A stretch of DNA of 64,000 bases from NCBI GenBank assembly GCA_043823435.1, contig JBDRAV010000016.1:1122-65121 (forward strand), read 5' to 3'. The DNA is from Candidatus Omnitrophota bacterium. Its GTDB lineage: Bacteria > Omnitrophota > Gorgyraeia > Gygaellales > Profunditerraquicolaceae. The notes beneath the pieces were generated by a model. That model was not told where the DNA came from, ran no database searches, and saw only the letters and a program-made list of their open reading frames with translations. Every line of letters starts with the position of its first letter. Positions within the stretch are counted from its first letter, which is position 1. A program made the position numbers and the translations under genes. Shown one piece after another: positions 43,162-54,200 of this stretch.

Positions 43162-45147
43162 GTGGAAAAATTCAAGTTAGTCTCTGATTATAAGCCTTGC
43201 GGCGACCAGCCCAGGGCGATAAAAGAGCTATCTGGCTCGATTGGGTCGGGTAATAAGCACCAGACTCTGCTCGGCGTGACCGGATCCGGGAAGACCTTTA
43301 CTCTGGCCAATGTTATCGCCAGGATAAACCACCCTACACTGGTTATCTCCCATAATAAAACCCTGGCCGCGCAACTCTATTCGGAATTCAGGGAATTCTT
43401 CCCGCATAACGCCGTAGAATATTTTGTCAGTTATTACGATTATTATCAGCCCGAGGCATATATACCTTCAACAGATATATACATAGAAAAGGACGCTTCT
43501 ATTAACGACAGGCTGGACCGCCTGCGTCTTTCTGCGACCACTTCGCTTATGTCACGCCGCGATTGTCTTATTGTGGCTTCTGTGTCTTGCATATATAATC
43601 TTGGTTCACCGGACGAATACCGCGATTTACTTGTTCTTGTTGAAAAAGGGGAGTCTGTGTCGCGCGATAACTTGATATCAGGACTTGTTAAAATACAATA
43701 TGAGAGGAACGATTACGAGTTTATCCGCGGGAGGATAAGGGTCAGGGGCGATGTCGTAGAAATATTTCCTTCGTATGAAGAGGTCGCGCTGCGTCTAGAG
43801 CTTTTCGGAGATAAGGTAGAGAAGATATCGCAGATAAACCCTGTTTCGGGAGAAGTCCTGAATTCCCTGGATAGGATAGCGATATATCCGGCCAAACATT
43901 TTATATTCTCAGGAGAGGGGCTTGGCAGAGCGCTTAAGTCTATCGGGCAGGAGTTAGAAGAGAGGCTGAATATCTTAAGGGGTAAGAATAAATTATTGGA
44001 GGCCGAGCGCCTTGAATCCCGCACTAAATATGATATGGAGATGCTTAAAGAGATAGGCTATTGCCATGGTATCGAGAATTATTCGCGGCACCTTTCAGGC
44101 AGACCTCAAGGCTCAAGGCCGTATTGCCTCATTGATTATTTCCCGGATGATTTTCTCGTGGTAGTCGACGAGTCTCACGTAACCTTGCCTCAAATAAGGG
44201 GCATGTATGAAGGTGACCGCGCCAGGAAAGAGGTGTTAGTAGAATACGGATTCAGACTCCCCTCATGCCTCGATAACCGGCCTTTGAAGTTTGAAGAATT
44301 CAGGGACATAGTAAAACAGCAGGTATTCGTTTCCGCAACGCCCGATGAATACGAGATAAAAAATAGCCAGGGTCTTGTCATTGAGCAGATTATCCGGCCT
44401 ACCGGCCTGGTTGACCCTAAAATTATAATCAAGCCATCCGATGGCCAGATCGAAGACTTGATTAAAGAAGTAAAGAAGCGTGCCCGACGAAATGAGCGCG
44501 TCCTTATCACGACTTTAACTAAAAAATTGGCCGAAGACTTAAGTGTCTATTTACAGGAGAAGGGATTAAAGGTAAAATATTTACACTCCGAGGTAGAGAC
44601 TATTGAACGTTCAAGGATTCTCAGAGAATTAAGGCGTAAAGAATTTGATTGCTTAGTGGGAATAAATCTGTTAAGGGAGGGCCTGGACCTGCCCGAAGTT
44701 TCCCTTGTCGCAATATTGGACGCAGATAAGGAAGGTTTCTTGAGATCCGCTACTTCGCTGATACAGGTATCCGGGCGTGTAGCGCGCAATATAAACGGGA
44801 CCGTGATCATGTATGCCGATACCGTAACTGGCTCAATGAAGAAGGCAATCGCCGAAAGCGAAAGGAGAAGGGATAGGCAGTTCGATTTTAACAGGAAAAA
44901 TAAGATTACGCCGCGGTCTATTAAGAAGAGCATAAAACATGGGATAGAGGATTTAGAAGGAGCGCAGGAATTTGTGGCAGATTTAACCGGCCAGGATAAA
45001 GATGAATATGAATTAAGCAGGTATATTTCGGAACTAGAATACGAGATGGAACTTGCAGCGAGGAACCTGCAGTTTGAGAAAGCAGCGGTAATCCGCGATA
45101 AGATAAGAGACCTAAAACCGATCAACAGTAACAGGGACACTTCTTGA
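43162..45147 (+). CDS. uvrB: Excinuclease ABC subunit B
   Basis: 661 aa. [13 protein letters not shown]-terminal UVR domain ([11 protein letters not shown]). GTG start. The last four codons and the TGA stop lie inside the repeat at 45133. Confidence 0.97.
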   Translation: MEKFKLVSDYKPCGDQPRAIKELSGSIGSGNKHQTLLGVTGSGKTFTLANVIARINHPTLVISHNKTLAAQLYSEFREFFPHNAVEYFVSYYDYYQPEAYIPSTDIYIEKDASINDRLDRLRLSATTSLMSRRDCLIVASVSCIYNLGSPDEYRDLLVLVEKGESVSRDNLISGLVKIQYERNDYEFIRGRIRVRGDVVEIFPSYEEVALRLELFGDKVEKISQINPVSGEVLNSLDRIAIYPAKHFIFSGEGLGRALKSIGQELEERLNILRGKNKLLEAERLESRTKYDMEMLKEIGYCHGIENYSRHLSGRPQGSRPYCLIDYFPDDFLVVVDESHVTLPQIRGMYEGDRARKEVLVEYGFRLPSCLDNRPLKFEEFRDIVKQQVFVSATPDEYEIKNSQGLVIEQIIRPTGLVDPKIIIKPSDGQIEDLIKEVKKRARRNERVLITTLTKKLAEDLSVYLQEKGLKVKYLHSEVETIERSRILRELRRKEFDCLVGINLLREGLDLPEVSLVAILDADKEGFLRSATSLIQVSGRVARNINGTVIMYADTVTGSMKKAIAESERRRDRQFDFNRKNKITPRSIKKSIKHGIEDLEGAQEFVADLTGQDKDEYELSRYISELEYEMELAARNLQFEKAAVIRDKIRDLKPINSNRDTS

Positions 45148-45249
45148 CCCAAAGTAAGAAGTGTCCCCTAGAAGGTAATCTTAAGTAAATGGGGACATTT
45201 CTCCGATTAGCATGAGAAGTGTCCCTCGATTGGGACGAGAAGTGTCCCT
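45133..45249 (+). repeat. AGGGACACTTCT-type element (117 nt) with three hairpin units
   Basis: GGGACACTTCT (45134-45144) / AGAAGTGTCCC (45157-45167). GGGACATTTCTC (45192-45203) / GAGAAGTGTCCC (45214-45225), with one G-U pair on the plus-strand transcript. GGGAC (45232-45236) / GAGAAGTGTCCCT (45237-45249). The first 20 nt are identical to 37913-37932. Confidence 0.85.
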
Positions 45250-45263
45250 AAGAGGGAGGAGAG

Positions 45264-46043
45264 GTGCTGTTAGCCGTTGATATAGGAAATACGAATATAA
45301 ACCTGGGATTATTCAAAGATAAGAGGATAATCAAAAGATTTATTATTCTTACGAAAGCCGGGCATTATAAGCTTCGCCTTCAAAAGATAATTAAGCGTAA
45401 TAAGGTTGATGACGCAATAGTCTGCGGCGTAGTTCCGGCGGCCGAAGAGGCCATAGGAAAAGCGCTGAGGGGATCCCTGGGTAAGCGGCCCTATATTATA
45501 GGTAAGGGGATAAGGGTGCCTATAAAGAACATTTACCGGAAGCCCCGCCAGGTAGGAGAGGACCGCCTAGTAAATGCCTATGCAGGAGTTATGCTCTACG
45601 GCGCACCGCTCATTATGGTTGATTTCGGTACCGCGGTCACATTTGATATTGTTTCAAGAAAGAAAGAGTACCTCGGGGGCATGATCATCCCGGGGCTTGG
45701 GATATCCCTGGAAGCTCTTAATATGCGGACAGCACTTCTGCCTAAGATAAAACTGGAAGAGCCTAAGGAATTCATAGGCCGGGACACTAAAAACAGCATG
45801 TTAAGCGGGATAATTTACGGGTTCGCCGCTCTCAGCGATGATCTGGTTACGAGAATAAGGCAGAAGATAGGAAGAAATGCGAAGGTAATCGGCACTGGCG
45901 GTAATATCGGCTTAATTGCTAAATACTGCCACAGGATAGATAAGATAGATAAGGATTTGACCCTAAAAGGCCTGAGCCTTATTTATAGAAATTTGTTAGA
46001 TTCTGCGGTAATGTATCGTAGCATTAAGGGGAGTATTCATTAA
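45264..46043 (+). CDS. coaX: Type III pantothenate kinase
   Basis: 259 aa. LLAVDIGNTN, VDFGTA, GTGG motifs. GTG start after GAGGGAGGAGAG. Confidence 0.93.
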   Translation: MLLAVDIGNTNINLGLFKDKRIIKRFIILTKAGHYKLRLQKIIKRNKVDDAIVCGVVPAAEEAIGKALRGSLGKRPYIIGKGIRVPIKNIYRKPRQVGEDRLVNAYAGVMLYGAPLIMVDFGTAVTFDIVSRKKEYLGGMIIPGLGISLEALNMRTALLPKIKLEEPKEFIGRDTKNSMLSGIIYGFAALSDDLVTRIRQKIGRNAKVIGTGGNIGLIAKYCHRIDKIDKDLTLKGLSLIYRNLLDSAVMYRSIKGSIH

Positions 46044-46055
46044 TAAAAATTTTCC

Positions 46056-46083
46056 TTGACAAAAAATTTTTTTCTTTTATAAT
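46056..46083 (+). promoter_or_regulatory. groESL promoter (sigma-70 type)
   Basis: TTGACA (46056-46061), 16-nt spacer, TATAAT (46078-46083). It abuts the CIRCE operator. Confidence 0.7.
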
Positions 46084-46109
46084 TAGCACTCTGGAATTAA
46101 GAGTGCTAA
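46083..46109. promoter_or_regulatory. CIRCE operator (HrcA binding site)
   Basis: TTAGCACTC-TGGAATTAA-GAGTGCTAA is a perfect match to the CIRCE consensus TTAGCACTC-N9-GAGTGCTAA. It lies between the promoter and groES. Confidence 0.95.
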
Positions 46110-46199
46110 TTATAGTCCATAGTTGATATTCCAAGCAGCACAGTTAAAAATAGATGTTAGGGACCAAGAACCAATAATTAATTAAAGGAGGTGTAAGAG

Positions 46200-46490
46200 A
46201 TGGACATCAAACCATTAGGAGACCGCGTGGTGATAAAGCCGCTTGAGGCTGAAGCAAAATCAAAGGGCGGTATAGTTTTACCTGATACAGCAAAAGAGAA
46301 GCCACAGGAGGGTAAAGTCGTAGCCGTGGGTAAGGGCAAGGTTCTGGATAGCGGCACGGTCCAGGCGCCGGAAGTAAAAGTCGGAGATAAGGTATTATAC
46401 GGAAAATATTCCGGTAATGAGATCACGACCAAGGACGGCGAAGAATTATTAATCATGCGTGAAGAGGATATACTCGCGATTATCAAGTAA
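46200..46490 (+). CDS. groES: Co-chaperonin GroES
   Basis: 96 aa. [12 protein letters not shown]...[22 protein letters not shown]. Confidence 0.97.
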   Translation: MDIKPLGDRVVIKPLEAEAKSKGGIVLPDTAKEKPQEGKVVAVGKGKVLDSGTVQAPEVKVGDKVLYGKYSGNEITTKDGEELLIMREEDILAIIK

Positions 46491-46504
46491 AGGAGGAGGA
46501 ATTC

Positions 46505-48145
46505 ATGGCAAAGCAATTGTTATTTAAGGATGAAGGCCGCAGAAAGATATTGAGCGGAGTTGAGCAGCTGGCTGCGGCAGTAAAGGTGACTTTAGGGCCT
46601 AAAGGTCGTAACGTCGTCATCGACAAGAAGTTTGGTTCACCCACTATTACCAAGGACGGCGTGACAGTTGCCAAGGAGATTGATTTGCAGGACCCATTTG
46701 AAAATATGGGTGCTCAGATGGTTAAAGAGGTAGCAGAAAAGACCTCTGATATTGCCGGAGACGGTACGACTACAGCTACGGTACTGGCTGAAGCTATTTA
46801 CCGCGAAGGCCTGAAGAATGTGACTGCCGGTGCAAATCCCATGTCTTTAAAACGCGGGATTGAAAAGGCAGTGGAGAAGGTAGTAGAGGAATTAAAGAAG
46901 CTTTCCACACCCATCAAAGACAAGAAAGAAGTAGCTCAGGTTGCCTCAATTGCCGCAAACTGCGACAAAGCAATCGGCGACCTGATCGCAGAAGCCATGG
47001 ATAAGGTGGGTAAGGATGGCGTTATCACTGTGGAAGAAGCCAAATCAATGGCTACTACCCTGGAAGTAGTGGAAGGTATGCAGTTTGACCAGGGTTATCT
47101 GTCACCTTATTTTGTGACCGATGCCGAAAGGATGGAGGTAATCTTAGATGATCCATACATTCTCATCCACGAGAAGAAGATATCTTCCTTAAAGGATCTC
47201 TTACCCTTATTAGAGAAGATTGCCCGTACCGGAAAGCCGCTTCTAATTCTTGCTGAAGAGGTCGAAGGAGAGGCATTAGCTACGTTAGTAGTAAACAAGA
47301 TCCGTGGCACCTTATCAGCTTCTGCTGTTAAGGCTCCGGGTTATGGTGACAGGCGTAAGGCCATGTTAGAAGATATCGCCGTGCTTACAGGCGGAAAGGC
47401 GATCACCGAAGATTTAGGGATAAAACTAGAGAACGTGGATATTGAGGATTTAGGCCGCGCAAAGAGGATAAAGGTAGATAAAGAGAATACTACCATAGTT
47501 GAAGGCGCTGGCAAAACACAGGGCATTAACGCTAGGATCGCCCAGCTCAAGAAGCAGATTGAAGAATCTGATTCGGATTATGATAAGGAGAAGCTCCAGG
47601 AGCGGTTGGCTAAGCTTGCAGGAGGTGTTGCGGTAATCAACGTGGGCGCAGCTACAGAGACTGAAATGAAAGAGAAGAAGGCACGCGTAGAGGATGCCTT
47701 GCATGCTACCCGCGCAGCAGTCGAGGAAGGTATAGTTCCCGGCGGCGGAGTAGCGCTTTTGCGTACACTCCCTGCGTTAGAAAAAATGGGCAAGCTTGAA
47801 GGCGACGAGAAGATCGGCGTTGATATATTAAAGCGCGCATTGGAAGAGCCTATAAGGCAGCTCACTGCTAATGCCGGCTTAGAGGGTTCGGTAGTGGTGC
47901 AACGGGTAAAGCAGGAGAAGATCAACGTGGGTTACGATGTTAACCAGGATGCCTACGTGGATATGATTGAATCCGGAGTAATCGATCCGACTAAAGTCAC
48001 GCGTTCTGCATTACAGAATGCTGCCAGCGTTGCCGGGTTATTATTGATGACCGAGGCAGTGGTCACCGATAAGCCAGAGAAAGAATCACCCATGCCTATG
48101 CCACCGGGTGGAGGAATGGGAGGAATGGGCGGAGGGATGTATTAA
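46505..48145 (+). CDS. groEL: Chaperonin GroEL
   Basis: 546 aa. [20 protein letters not shown]-like region, C-terminal GGM repeats. Confidence 0.98.
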   Translation: MAKQLLFKDEGRRKILSGVEQLAAAVKVTLGPKGRNVVIDKKFGSPTITKDGVTVAKEIDLQDPFENMGAQMVKEVAEKTSDIAGDGTTTATVLAEAIYREGLKNVTAGANPMSLKRGIEKAVEKVVEELKKLSTPIKDKKEVAQVASIAANCDKAIGDLIAEAMDKVGKDGVITVEEAKSMATTLEVVEGMQFDQGYLSPYFVTDAERMEVILDDPYILIHEKKISSLKDLLPLLEKIARTGKPLLILAEEVEGEALATLVVNKIRGTLSASAVKAPGYGDRRKAMLEDIAVLTGGKAITEDLGIKLENVDIEDLGRAKRIKVDKENTTIVEGAGKTQGINARIAQLKKQIEESDSDYDKEKLQERLAKLAGGVAVINVGAATETEMKEKKARVEDALHATRAAVEEGIVPGGGVALLRTLPALEKMGKLEGDEKIGVDILKRALEEPIRQLTANAGLEGSVVVQRVKQEKINVGYDVNQDAYVDMIESGVIDPTKVTRSALQNAASVAGLLLMTEAVVTDKPEKESPMPMPPGGGMGGMGGGMY

Positions 48146-48175
48146 ACCGCAGATTCTGGGAATAAGCAATAAAAA

Positions 48176-48206
48176 GGGCGAAGCCAATGCTTCGCCCTTT
48201 TGCTTT
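48176..48206 (+). terminator. Rho-independent terminator of groESL
   Basis: GGGCGAAGC-caat-GCTTCGCCC (9-bp GC-rich stem) followed by TTTTGCTTT. Confidence 0.85.
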
Positions 48207-48213
48207 ATGGGGG

Positions 48214-48270
48214 GGGACAGGTGCCCGATTGGATTTGCACCTGGTGCCAGATTAGCTTTGCACCAGGTGC
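48214..48270. repeat. Phased array of three GCACC-W-GGTGC-type palindromes (23-nt period), inverted relative to the 3774 array
   Basis: GGGACAGGTGC (48214, a hybrid GGGAC/GGTGC box), GCACCTGGTGC (48237), GCACCAGGTGC (48260). Spacers contain CCGATTGG and CAGATTAG. Confidence 0.8.
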
Positions 48271-48282
48271 AAAAAATAATTA

Positions 48283-48311
48283 TTGACAAGATTGCGGCAT
48301 TAAGGTAAAAT
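48283..48311 (+). promoter_or_regulatory. Candidate promoter for the guaB-like/guaA operon
   Basis: TTGACA (48283-48288), 17-nt spacer, TAAAAT (48306-48311). It would give a leader of roughly 150 nt. Confidence 0.5.
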
Positions 48312-48465
48312 TTTAGACAACCTTTCTTAAATGTTCCTCGCAAAATAGATAAATATTCTTAACATATTGATAAATAATAACTTATATAGGATGCTGGTGC
48401 GATGAATAAGGAGCACCGTTTAGCACGCCTGCCGAGATGTGGGGTAGGCCGGTAAAGGAGATGAC

Positions 48466-49626
48466 ATGGGAGAATGGATAGGTATAAACAGGCGTTCCCG
48501 TAGGTGTTATGGTTTTGATGAGGTCGCGCTTGTCCCGGGAGCGCAAACCATTAACCCTAATGAAGTTGATGTATCTTTTGTGATGGCAGGCAGAAAGTTC
48601 AAGGTTCCTATATTGGCTGCCGCCATGGACGGAGTAGTAGATGTTGGTTTCGCGGTCCAGATGTCCAAACTGGGAGGTATCGCCGTATTAAACCTTGACG
48701 GAGTTCAGACCCGCTACGATAACCCGAATACAGTACTAGAAAAGATCGCTAATGCGACCTCGGAGAAGGCCACCGAGCTAACTCAGTCTATATATACTAC
48801 TCCTATAAAGGAAAAGCTGATTTCTAAGAGAGTCTCTGAGATAAAGCGCAAGAAAGGTACAGCAGTAGTAAGCTGTATCCCTGTCCATGCCGAAAGGTTC
48901 TCCAAGATCGCGATCGCGGCGGGTGCCGATATGTTCGTGGTGCAATCTACAGTGACTACCACAAGACATATCACTAAAGAATATAAGAGCCTGGATTTAT
49001 TTAAATTTTGTAAATCAACTAAGATACCGGTAATTATCGGTAACTGTGTGACTTATGAGACTACGCTTGCGCTTATGGAGACGGGCGTGGCAGCGCTATT
49101 AATCGGTATCGGACCCGGGGCAGCATGTACTACCAGGGGAGTGCTCGGTATCGGTGTGCCGCAGGTGACCTCTACCGTGGATGCCGCTGCAGCAAGGGAT
49201 TTTTATTATAAGAGCAAAGGCAGGTATATCTCTATAATCACTGACGGCGGTATGAACCGCGGAGGAGATATCTGTAAGGCATTTGCCGCAGGAGCCGATG
49301 CTGTGATGATCGGTTCCAGCTTTGCCCGTGCCAAAGAAGCTCCGGGTAGGGGTTATCACTGGGGAATGGCGACTTCCCATGTAAATCTTCCCCGCGGCAC
49401 ACGTATATATGTCGGTACAACCGGAACGCTAAAAGAGATCCTTTTTGGGCCGGCAAAGGTTGATGACGGCTCGCAAAATCTTATTGGAGCGCTGAAGACT
49501 TCGATGGGGTCGCTTGGCGCTCTTGATTTAAGGCATATGCATGATGTAGAAATTATAATTGCGCCCTCAATACAGACCGAAGGAAAGATATTTCAGGTAG
49601 GGCAGAGAGTAGGGATGGGGAAATGA
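48466..49626 (+). CDS. IMP dehydrogenase family protein lacking the CBS pair (GuaB3-like, IMPDH-related family)
   Basis: 386 aa. YGFDEVALVPG N-terminus, catalytic loop GIGPGAACTTRGVLGIGVPQ. No CBS subdomain insertion. Confidence 0.85.
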   Translation: MGEWIGINRRSRRCYGFDEVALVPGAQTINPNEVDVSFVMAGRKFKVPILAAAMDGVVDVGFAVQMSKLGGIAVLNLDGVQTRYDNPNTVLEKIANATSEKATELTQSIYTTPIKEKLISKRVSEIKRKKGTAVVSCIPVHAERFSKIAIAAGADMFVVQSTVTTTRHITKEYKSLDLFKFCKSTKIPVIIGNCVTYETTLALMETGVAALLIGIGPGAACTTRGVLGIGVPQVTSTVDAAAARDFYYKSKGRYISIITDGGMNRGGDICKAFAAGADAVMIGSSFARAKEAPGRGYHWGMATSHVNLPRGTRIYVGTTGTLKEILFGPAKVDDGSQNLIGALKTSMGSLGALDLRHMHDVEIIIAPSIQTEGKIFQVGQRVGMGK

Positions 49627-51167
49627 CCAGGCAGACTATACTGATCTTAGATTTCGGTTCACAGTACACTCAGCTAATCGCACGGCGCGTGAGGGAAAAT
49701 AAAGTTTTCTCCAAGATCATGCCTTATAATACGCCCGCTAAAGATATAGCCATCCTTTCCCCTAAAGGGATAATACTCTCCGGTAGCCCCTTATCAGTTG
49801 TAGGCAAAAAGGGGTTTTATCCGGATAAGAAGATTTTTAAACTGGGAATTCCTATTCTGGGAATATGCTACGGCATGCAGGTGATCGCTGAGATGTTAGG
49901 CGGCAAGGTCAAGCATACAAAGGGCCGGGAGTACGGTAAGATCGAGCTGTTTATTGATAATAACCGTAACTTGTTCAGCAACCTTCCGGGAAATTTGACC
50001 TGTTGGGCCAGCCACGGCGACTACGTAACAAAAACTCCTCCCGGATTTAATGTCCTTGCCCATACCCCTAACGCCCCTATCGCGGCAATGGGGAGCAAGA
50101 GGACGAAAGTATATGCTGTGCAGTTTCATCCCGAAGTGACTCACACCGATAAAGGAAATCAGATCATCGGCAACTTCTTGTTTAAGATCTGCGGTTGCCT
50201 TGGACGCTGGACAATGCAATCTTTTATCCGCGAGTCAATTGATAATATAAAAAAGACGGTGGGAAAGAAGGACAAAGTGGTCCTCGGATTAAGCGGCGGG
50301 GTAGACTCATCGGTAGCAGCGCTTTTAATACATAAAGCCATAGGCAGGAGGCTCAGGTGTGTCTTTATTGATAACGGTTTGCTCAGAAAGGATGAACCCC
50401 AGCAGATAAAGAAAATATTCCGCGGCATCTTCCATTTGAACCTGGATTATGTGGATAGGAGCAAGCGTTTTTTAAAGCGCATTGAAGGCGTAACTGACCC
50501 GGAGGAGAAGCGCAAGATCATCGGAGATGAATTTGTGAAGGTATTTGAAGAGGAGGCTGCCAAGCTGAAAGGCGTAAAATTCCTCGGGCAGGGGACTCTT
50601 TATCCGGACGTGATCGAATCTATCTCTCCTACCGGCGCGCCATCAAGCCGTATCAAGAGCCATCATAATGTCGGTGGGTTACCCCTAAAGATGAAACTTA
50701 AGCTTATCGAACCGCTGCGCGACTTATTTAAAGACGAGGTACGCCAGATCGGAAGCGAATTGGCCTTACCGGATGCGGTAATTTCCCGTCAGCCCTTTCC
50801 CGGCCCGGGCCTTGCCGTCAGGATTATCGGAGAAGTTACCATTGCCCGGCTTGACCTTCTTAGAGAAATTGATCGGCGCGTTATTGATCAGATAAAGAAC
50901 GCTAATCTCTATGATCAGATCTGGCAGTCATTTGCCGTGCTCCTGCCTATAAAGAGCGTGGGTGTCATGGGCGACGAGCGCACCTATGAAAATGTAGCGG
51001 CACTGCGCTGCGTTACCAGCTCCGACGGCATGACTGCGGATTGGGCAAAGATCCCATATGAAATTCTTGAGAAGATCGCCCACCGCATTATTAATGAAGT
51101 AAAAGGGGTTAACCGCGTAGTCTACGATATCTCATCCAAGCCTCCTGCGACGATTGAATGGGAATAA
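49623..51167 (+). CDS. guaA: GMP synthase (glutamine-hydrolysing)
   Basis: 514 aa. GATase domain (GICYGMQ), PP-loop LSGGVDSSV, C-terminal ATIEWE. Confidence 0.97.
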   Translation: MTRQTILILDFGSQYTQLIARRVRENKVFSKIMPYNTPAKDIAILSPKGIILSGSPLSVVGKKGFYPDKKIFKLGIPILGICYGMQVIAEMLGGKVKHTKGREYGKIELFIDNNRNLFSNLPGNLTCWASHGDYVTKTPPGFNVLAHTPNAPIAAMGSKRTKVYAVQFHPEVTHTDKGNQIIGNFLFKICGCLGRWTMQSFIRESIDNIKKTVGKKDKVVLGLSGGVDSSVAALLIHKAIGRRLRCVFIDNGLLRKDEPQQIKKIFRGIFHLNLDYVDRSKRFLKRIEGVTDPEEKRKIIGDEFVKVFEEEAAKLKGVKFLGQGTLYPDVIESISPTGAPSSRIKSHHNVGGLPLKMKLKLIEPLRDLFKDEVRQIGSELALPDAVISRQPFPGPGLAVRIIGEVTIARLDLLREIDRRVIDQIKNANLYDQIWQSFAVLLPIKSVGVMGDERTYENVAALRCVTSSDGMTADWAKIPYEILEKIAHRIINEVKGVNRVVYDISSKPPATIEWE

Positions 51168-51171
51168 TTTG

Positions 51172-51262
51172 GTTCGCAAGTTCGTAAGTTCTTCAGTTCG
51201 TAAGTAATTAAAGAATTGTTATGAACCAATGAACTTTAGAACTAAAGAGCAATAGAGCTTTT
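51172..51262. repeat. Two opposed octamer arrays filling the guaA-dnaE spacer
   Basis: GTTCGCAA GTTCGTAA GTTCTTCA GTTCGTAA (51172-51203), then GAACCAAT GAACTTTA GAACTAAA GAGCAATA GAGCTTTT (51223-51262). GTTC and GAAC are reverse complements. Confidence 0.75.
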
Positions 51263-51263
51263 A

Positions 51264-54200
51264 ATGCCTCACTCCGACTTCATCCACCTCCATCTACATA
51301 CCCAATACAGCCTTCTTGACGGCGCCTGCCGTATTCCCAAGCTTTTAGAGCGGGCAAAGCAATATAAGATGGATTCCCTTGCCATTACCGACCATGGCAG
51401 CATGTTCGGCGCAATAGATTTTTACCTGGAAGCCCAGAAGGCCGGTATAAAACCCATTATAGGATGCGAGATGTATATCGCACCATCAAGCCGCCTGGAG
51501 AAGGCATCCGCAGGTATTGATGAAGCAGCATACCATCTTATACTTCTTGCGCGCGATGAAGCCGGATACCAAAACCTGATAAAACTTGTATCCATAGGGT
51601 ACCTGGAAGGTTTTTATTACCGGCCGCGCATTGACAAAGAAATCCTATCCCAGCATCAGAAGGGCCTTATTGCTATGACTGCCTGTCTTAAAGGAGAAAT
51701 ACCCTCATTCTTACAGCAGAGGCGTTTTAACGACGCCCTGAAGACCGCTGATGATTTCCTGAATATTATGGGTAAAGAAAATTTCTACCTGGAGGTACAG
51801 GGCAACAGCATCCCAGAGCAGAAGATAGTAAATGAAGGATTGATAAAAATATCCAAAGAGCTGAACATACCGCTTGTCGCTACCAACGATGTGCATTACC
51901 TTTCAAGGGAGGATGCCGTAAGCCACGAAGTCTTGCTCTGCATCCAGACCCAGTCCACGCTGAATGACCCTAACAGGATGCGTTTCCAGACTGACGAATT
52001 CTATTTCAAATCCCCTCAGGAAATGAAGGAGCTTTTTAAGGATATACCGCAAGCGCTCGCTAATACTCTGGAGATTGCCGGCCGCTGCAATTTAGAGCTG
52101 GACTTTTCCAAGATGCATTTACCGCGCTATGATCCACCCGATGGCAAAAACAAAGAAGATTATTTAAGAGAACTTAGTGAAATAGGATTAAAGGAAAAAT
52201 TCCCGGAAGCGACCCCCGATATAATGACGCGCCTAGAACACGAACTAGGCCTTATTAAAGACAGAGGATTTGTAAGTTATTTCCTGATCGTCTGGGATTT
52301 CATACACTACGCAAAGAATAATAATGTTCCCGTCGGCCCGGGGCGTGGCTCAGTTGCGGGGAGCCTAGTAAGCTATCTTCTCGGGATAACAGATATCAAT
52401 CCTTTGAAGTACGGGTTGCTTTTTGAGCGCTTCCTTAACCCTGAGAGGCTTGGTCTCCCCGATATTGATATTGATTTCTGTTACGAGAGAAGGAACGAAG
52501 TCATTGATTACGTGACCAGAAAATACGGAAAAGGAAACGTTGCCCAGATCATCACATTTGGAACAATGCAGGCGCGCGCGGTAGTCAGGGACGTGGGCAG
52601 GGTAATGGGGATGAGCTATGCCGACGTTGACCGTATCGCCAAGATGATACCTCCTGATCCTGGTATTAGTCTCAAAGACGCATTAGAAAGCGAGACCGAA
52701 CTAGGAAAGCTTTATAGAAATGATACGCAGATAACTAAGTTGATCAATACCGCCATCTCCCTGGAAGGCCTTAACCGCCACGCCTCCACGCATGCCGCGG
52801 GTGTTGTCATTTCCGATAAGCCTCTGGATAACTATACGCCTTTGTTTGAGACCCAGGACGGACAGATAACCACCGGCTACAGCATGGGGGTCCTGGAAAA
52901 GATAGGTTTGCTGAAGGTAGACTTTCTGGGATTACGTACACTGACCGTGATCGATGAAACACGCAAGATAATAGAAAATACCAGGGGCATAAAAATAGAC
53001 ATTAAAAACATCTCTCTTGATGACGGCAATACTTATAAGCTTCTGAATTCAGGCCAGACTATCGGGGTCTTTCAGGTAGAGAGTTCCGGCATGCGCGACT
53101 TATTGAAAAAACTCCAGCCTGACCGTTTTGAAGACTTAATCGCGCTACTTGCTTTATACCGTCCCGGTCCTATCGGTTCGGGCATGCTTGATGATTTTAT
53201 GCAGCGCAGGCACGGACGCGTGTCCATAAAATACCAACACCCGAAGCTGGAAAATGTTCTTAAGGAGACTTATGGTATAATCGTATATCAGGAACAGATC
53301 ATGCAGATAGTTTCCGAACTCGCCGGATTCAGCCTCGCGCAGGCAGATATGTTACGCCGCGCCATAGCCAAGAAGATACCCGAGGTTATGGAACAACAGA
53401 GGAAGAACTTTATTTTAGGATGCATCAAAAACGATATCAGCGAATCCGTATCAAACCGTATATTCGACCTTATAGAGTATTTTGCAGGATACGGATTTAA
53501 CAAATCGCATTCAGCAGCGTACGCCATGATCTCTTACCGTACGGCATACCTGAAAGCTAATTTTCCGGTAGAGTTTATGTGCGCGCTCCTTACCTCAGAA
53601 AGAGACAATACCGACAAGATAGTTGAATATGTAAATGAATCCTACCGTATGGGGATAAAAGTCCTGCCTCCCGATATCAATGAAAGCGAGGCTCTATTTA
53701 AGGTTGTGGACGAGAAGACAATACGTTTTGGTCTGCTTGCGGTGAAAAACGTAGGGGGCGGAGCTGCCGAATCCATAGTCAGCTCAAGGCAGGAGGGGGC
53801 GTTTAGCTCCCTGGAGGATCTCTGCCAGCGCATTGACTCAAGGCTGGTTAACCGTAAGGTCCTGGAGAGCATGATAAAATGTGGTGCGCTGGATTCATTT
53901 GGTTTGCCAAGGGCGCAGATGTTTGTTTCTCTTGCCACAATCATGGAGATATCTTCCAGGGCGCAAAAGGATAAGGCAAAAGGGCAGATCTCATTCTTTG
54001 ACGCAGGGTTCGCGGAAGATTCATTTAAGAGCACGGCAAACAATTTGCCCTCCATAAAAGAGTGGCCCGAGCCGCAACTGCTTGCTTTTGAGAAAGAGAT
54101 GCTGGGATTTTACGTTACGGGACATCCTCTGGCGCGCTATGCCCATGAACTTAAACGCTTTACCTCTTCATCCACGGCTAACCTCCACGAGCATGAGGAC

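Noticed and set aside
44547-45152. A 201-aa minus-strand ORF antisense to uvrB. Similar cases are 16319-16834 antisense to acsE, 19738-20244 antisense to tilS, and all other antisense or out-of-frame ORFs in the track.
   Set aside because: Each is nested in a gene with unambiguous family motifs on the other strand or frame. They are serine/leucine-rich shadow frames without start signals.
45133-45249. The GGGAC/GTCCC box clusters (also at 12213, 34936 and 37913) considered as a CRISPR array
   Set aside because: The repeats are only 11-13 nt and occur in both orientations, forming hairpins with each other. The 'spacers' are 8-20 nt and themselves conserved (GATTG/CCAATC words). No cas genes are present.
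48312-48465. A purine, ZTP or PRPP-type riboswitch in the roughly 150-nt leader of the guaB-like gene
   Set aside because: I could not match any riboswitch core consensus I know. Only short 5-bp stems are visible. It is left as an uncharacterised leader.
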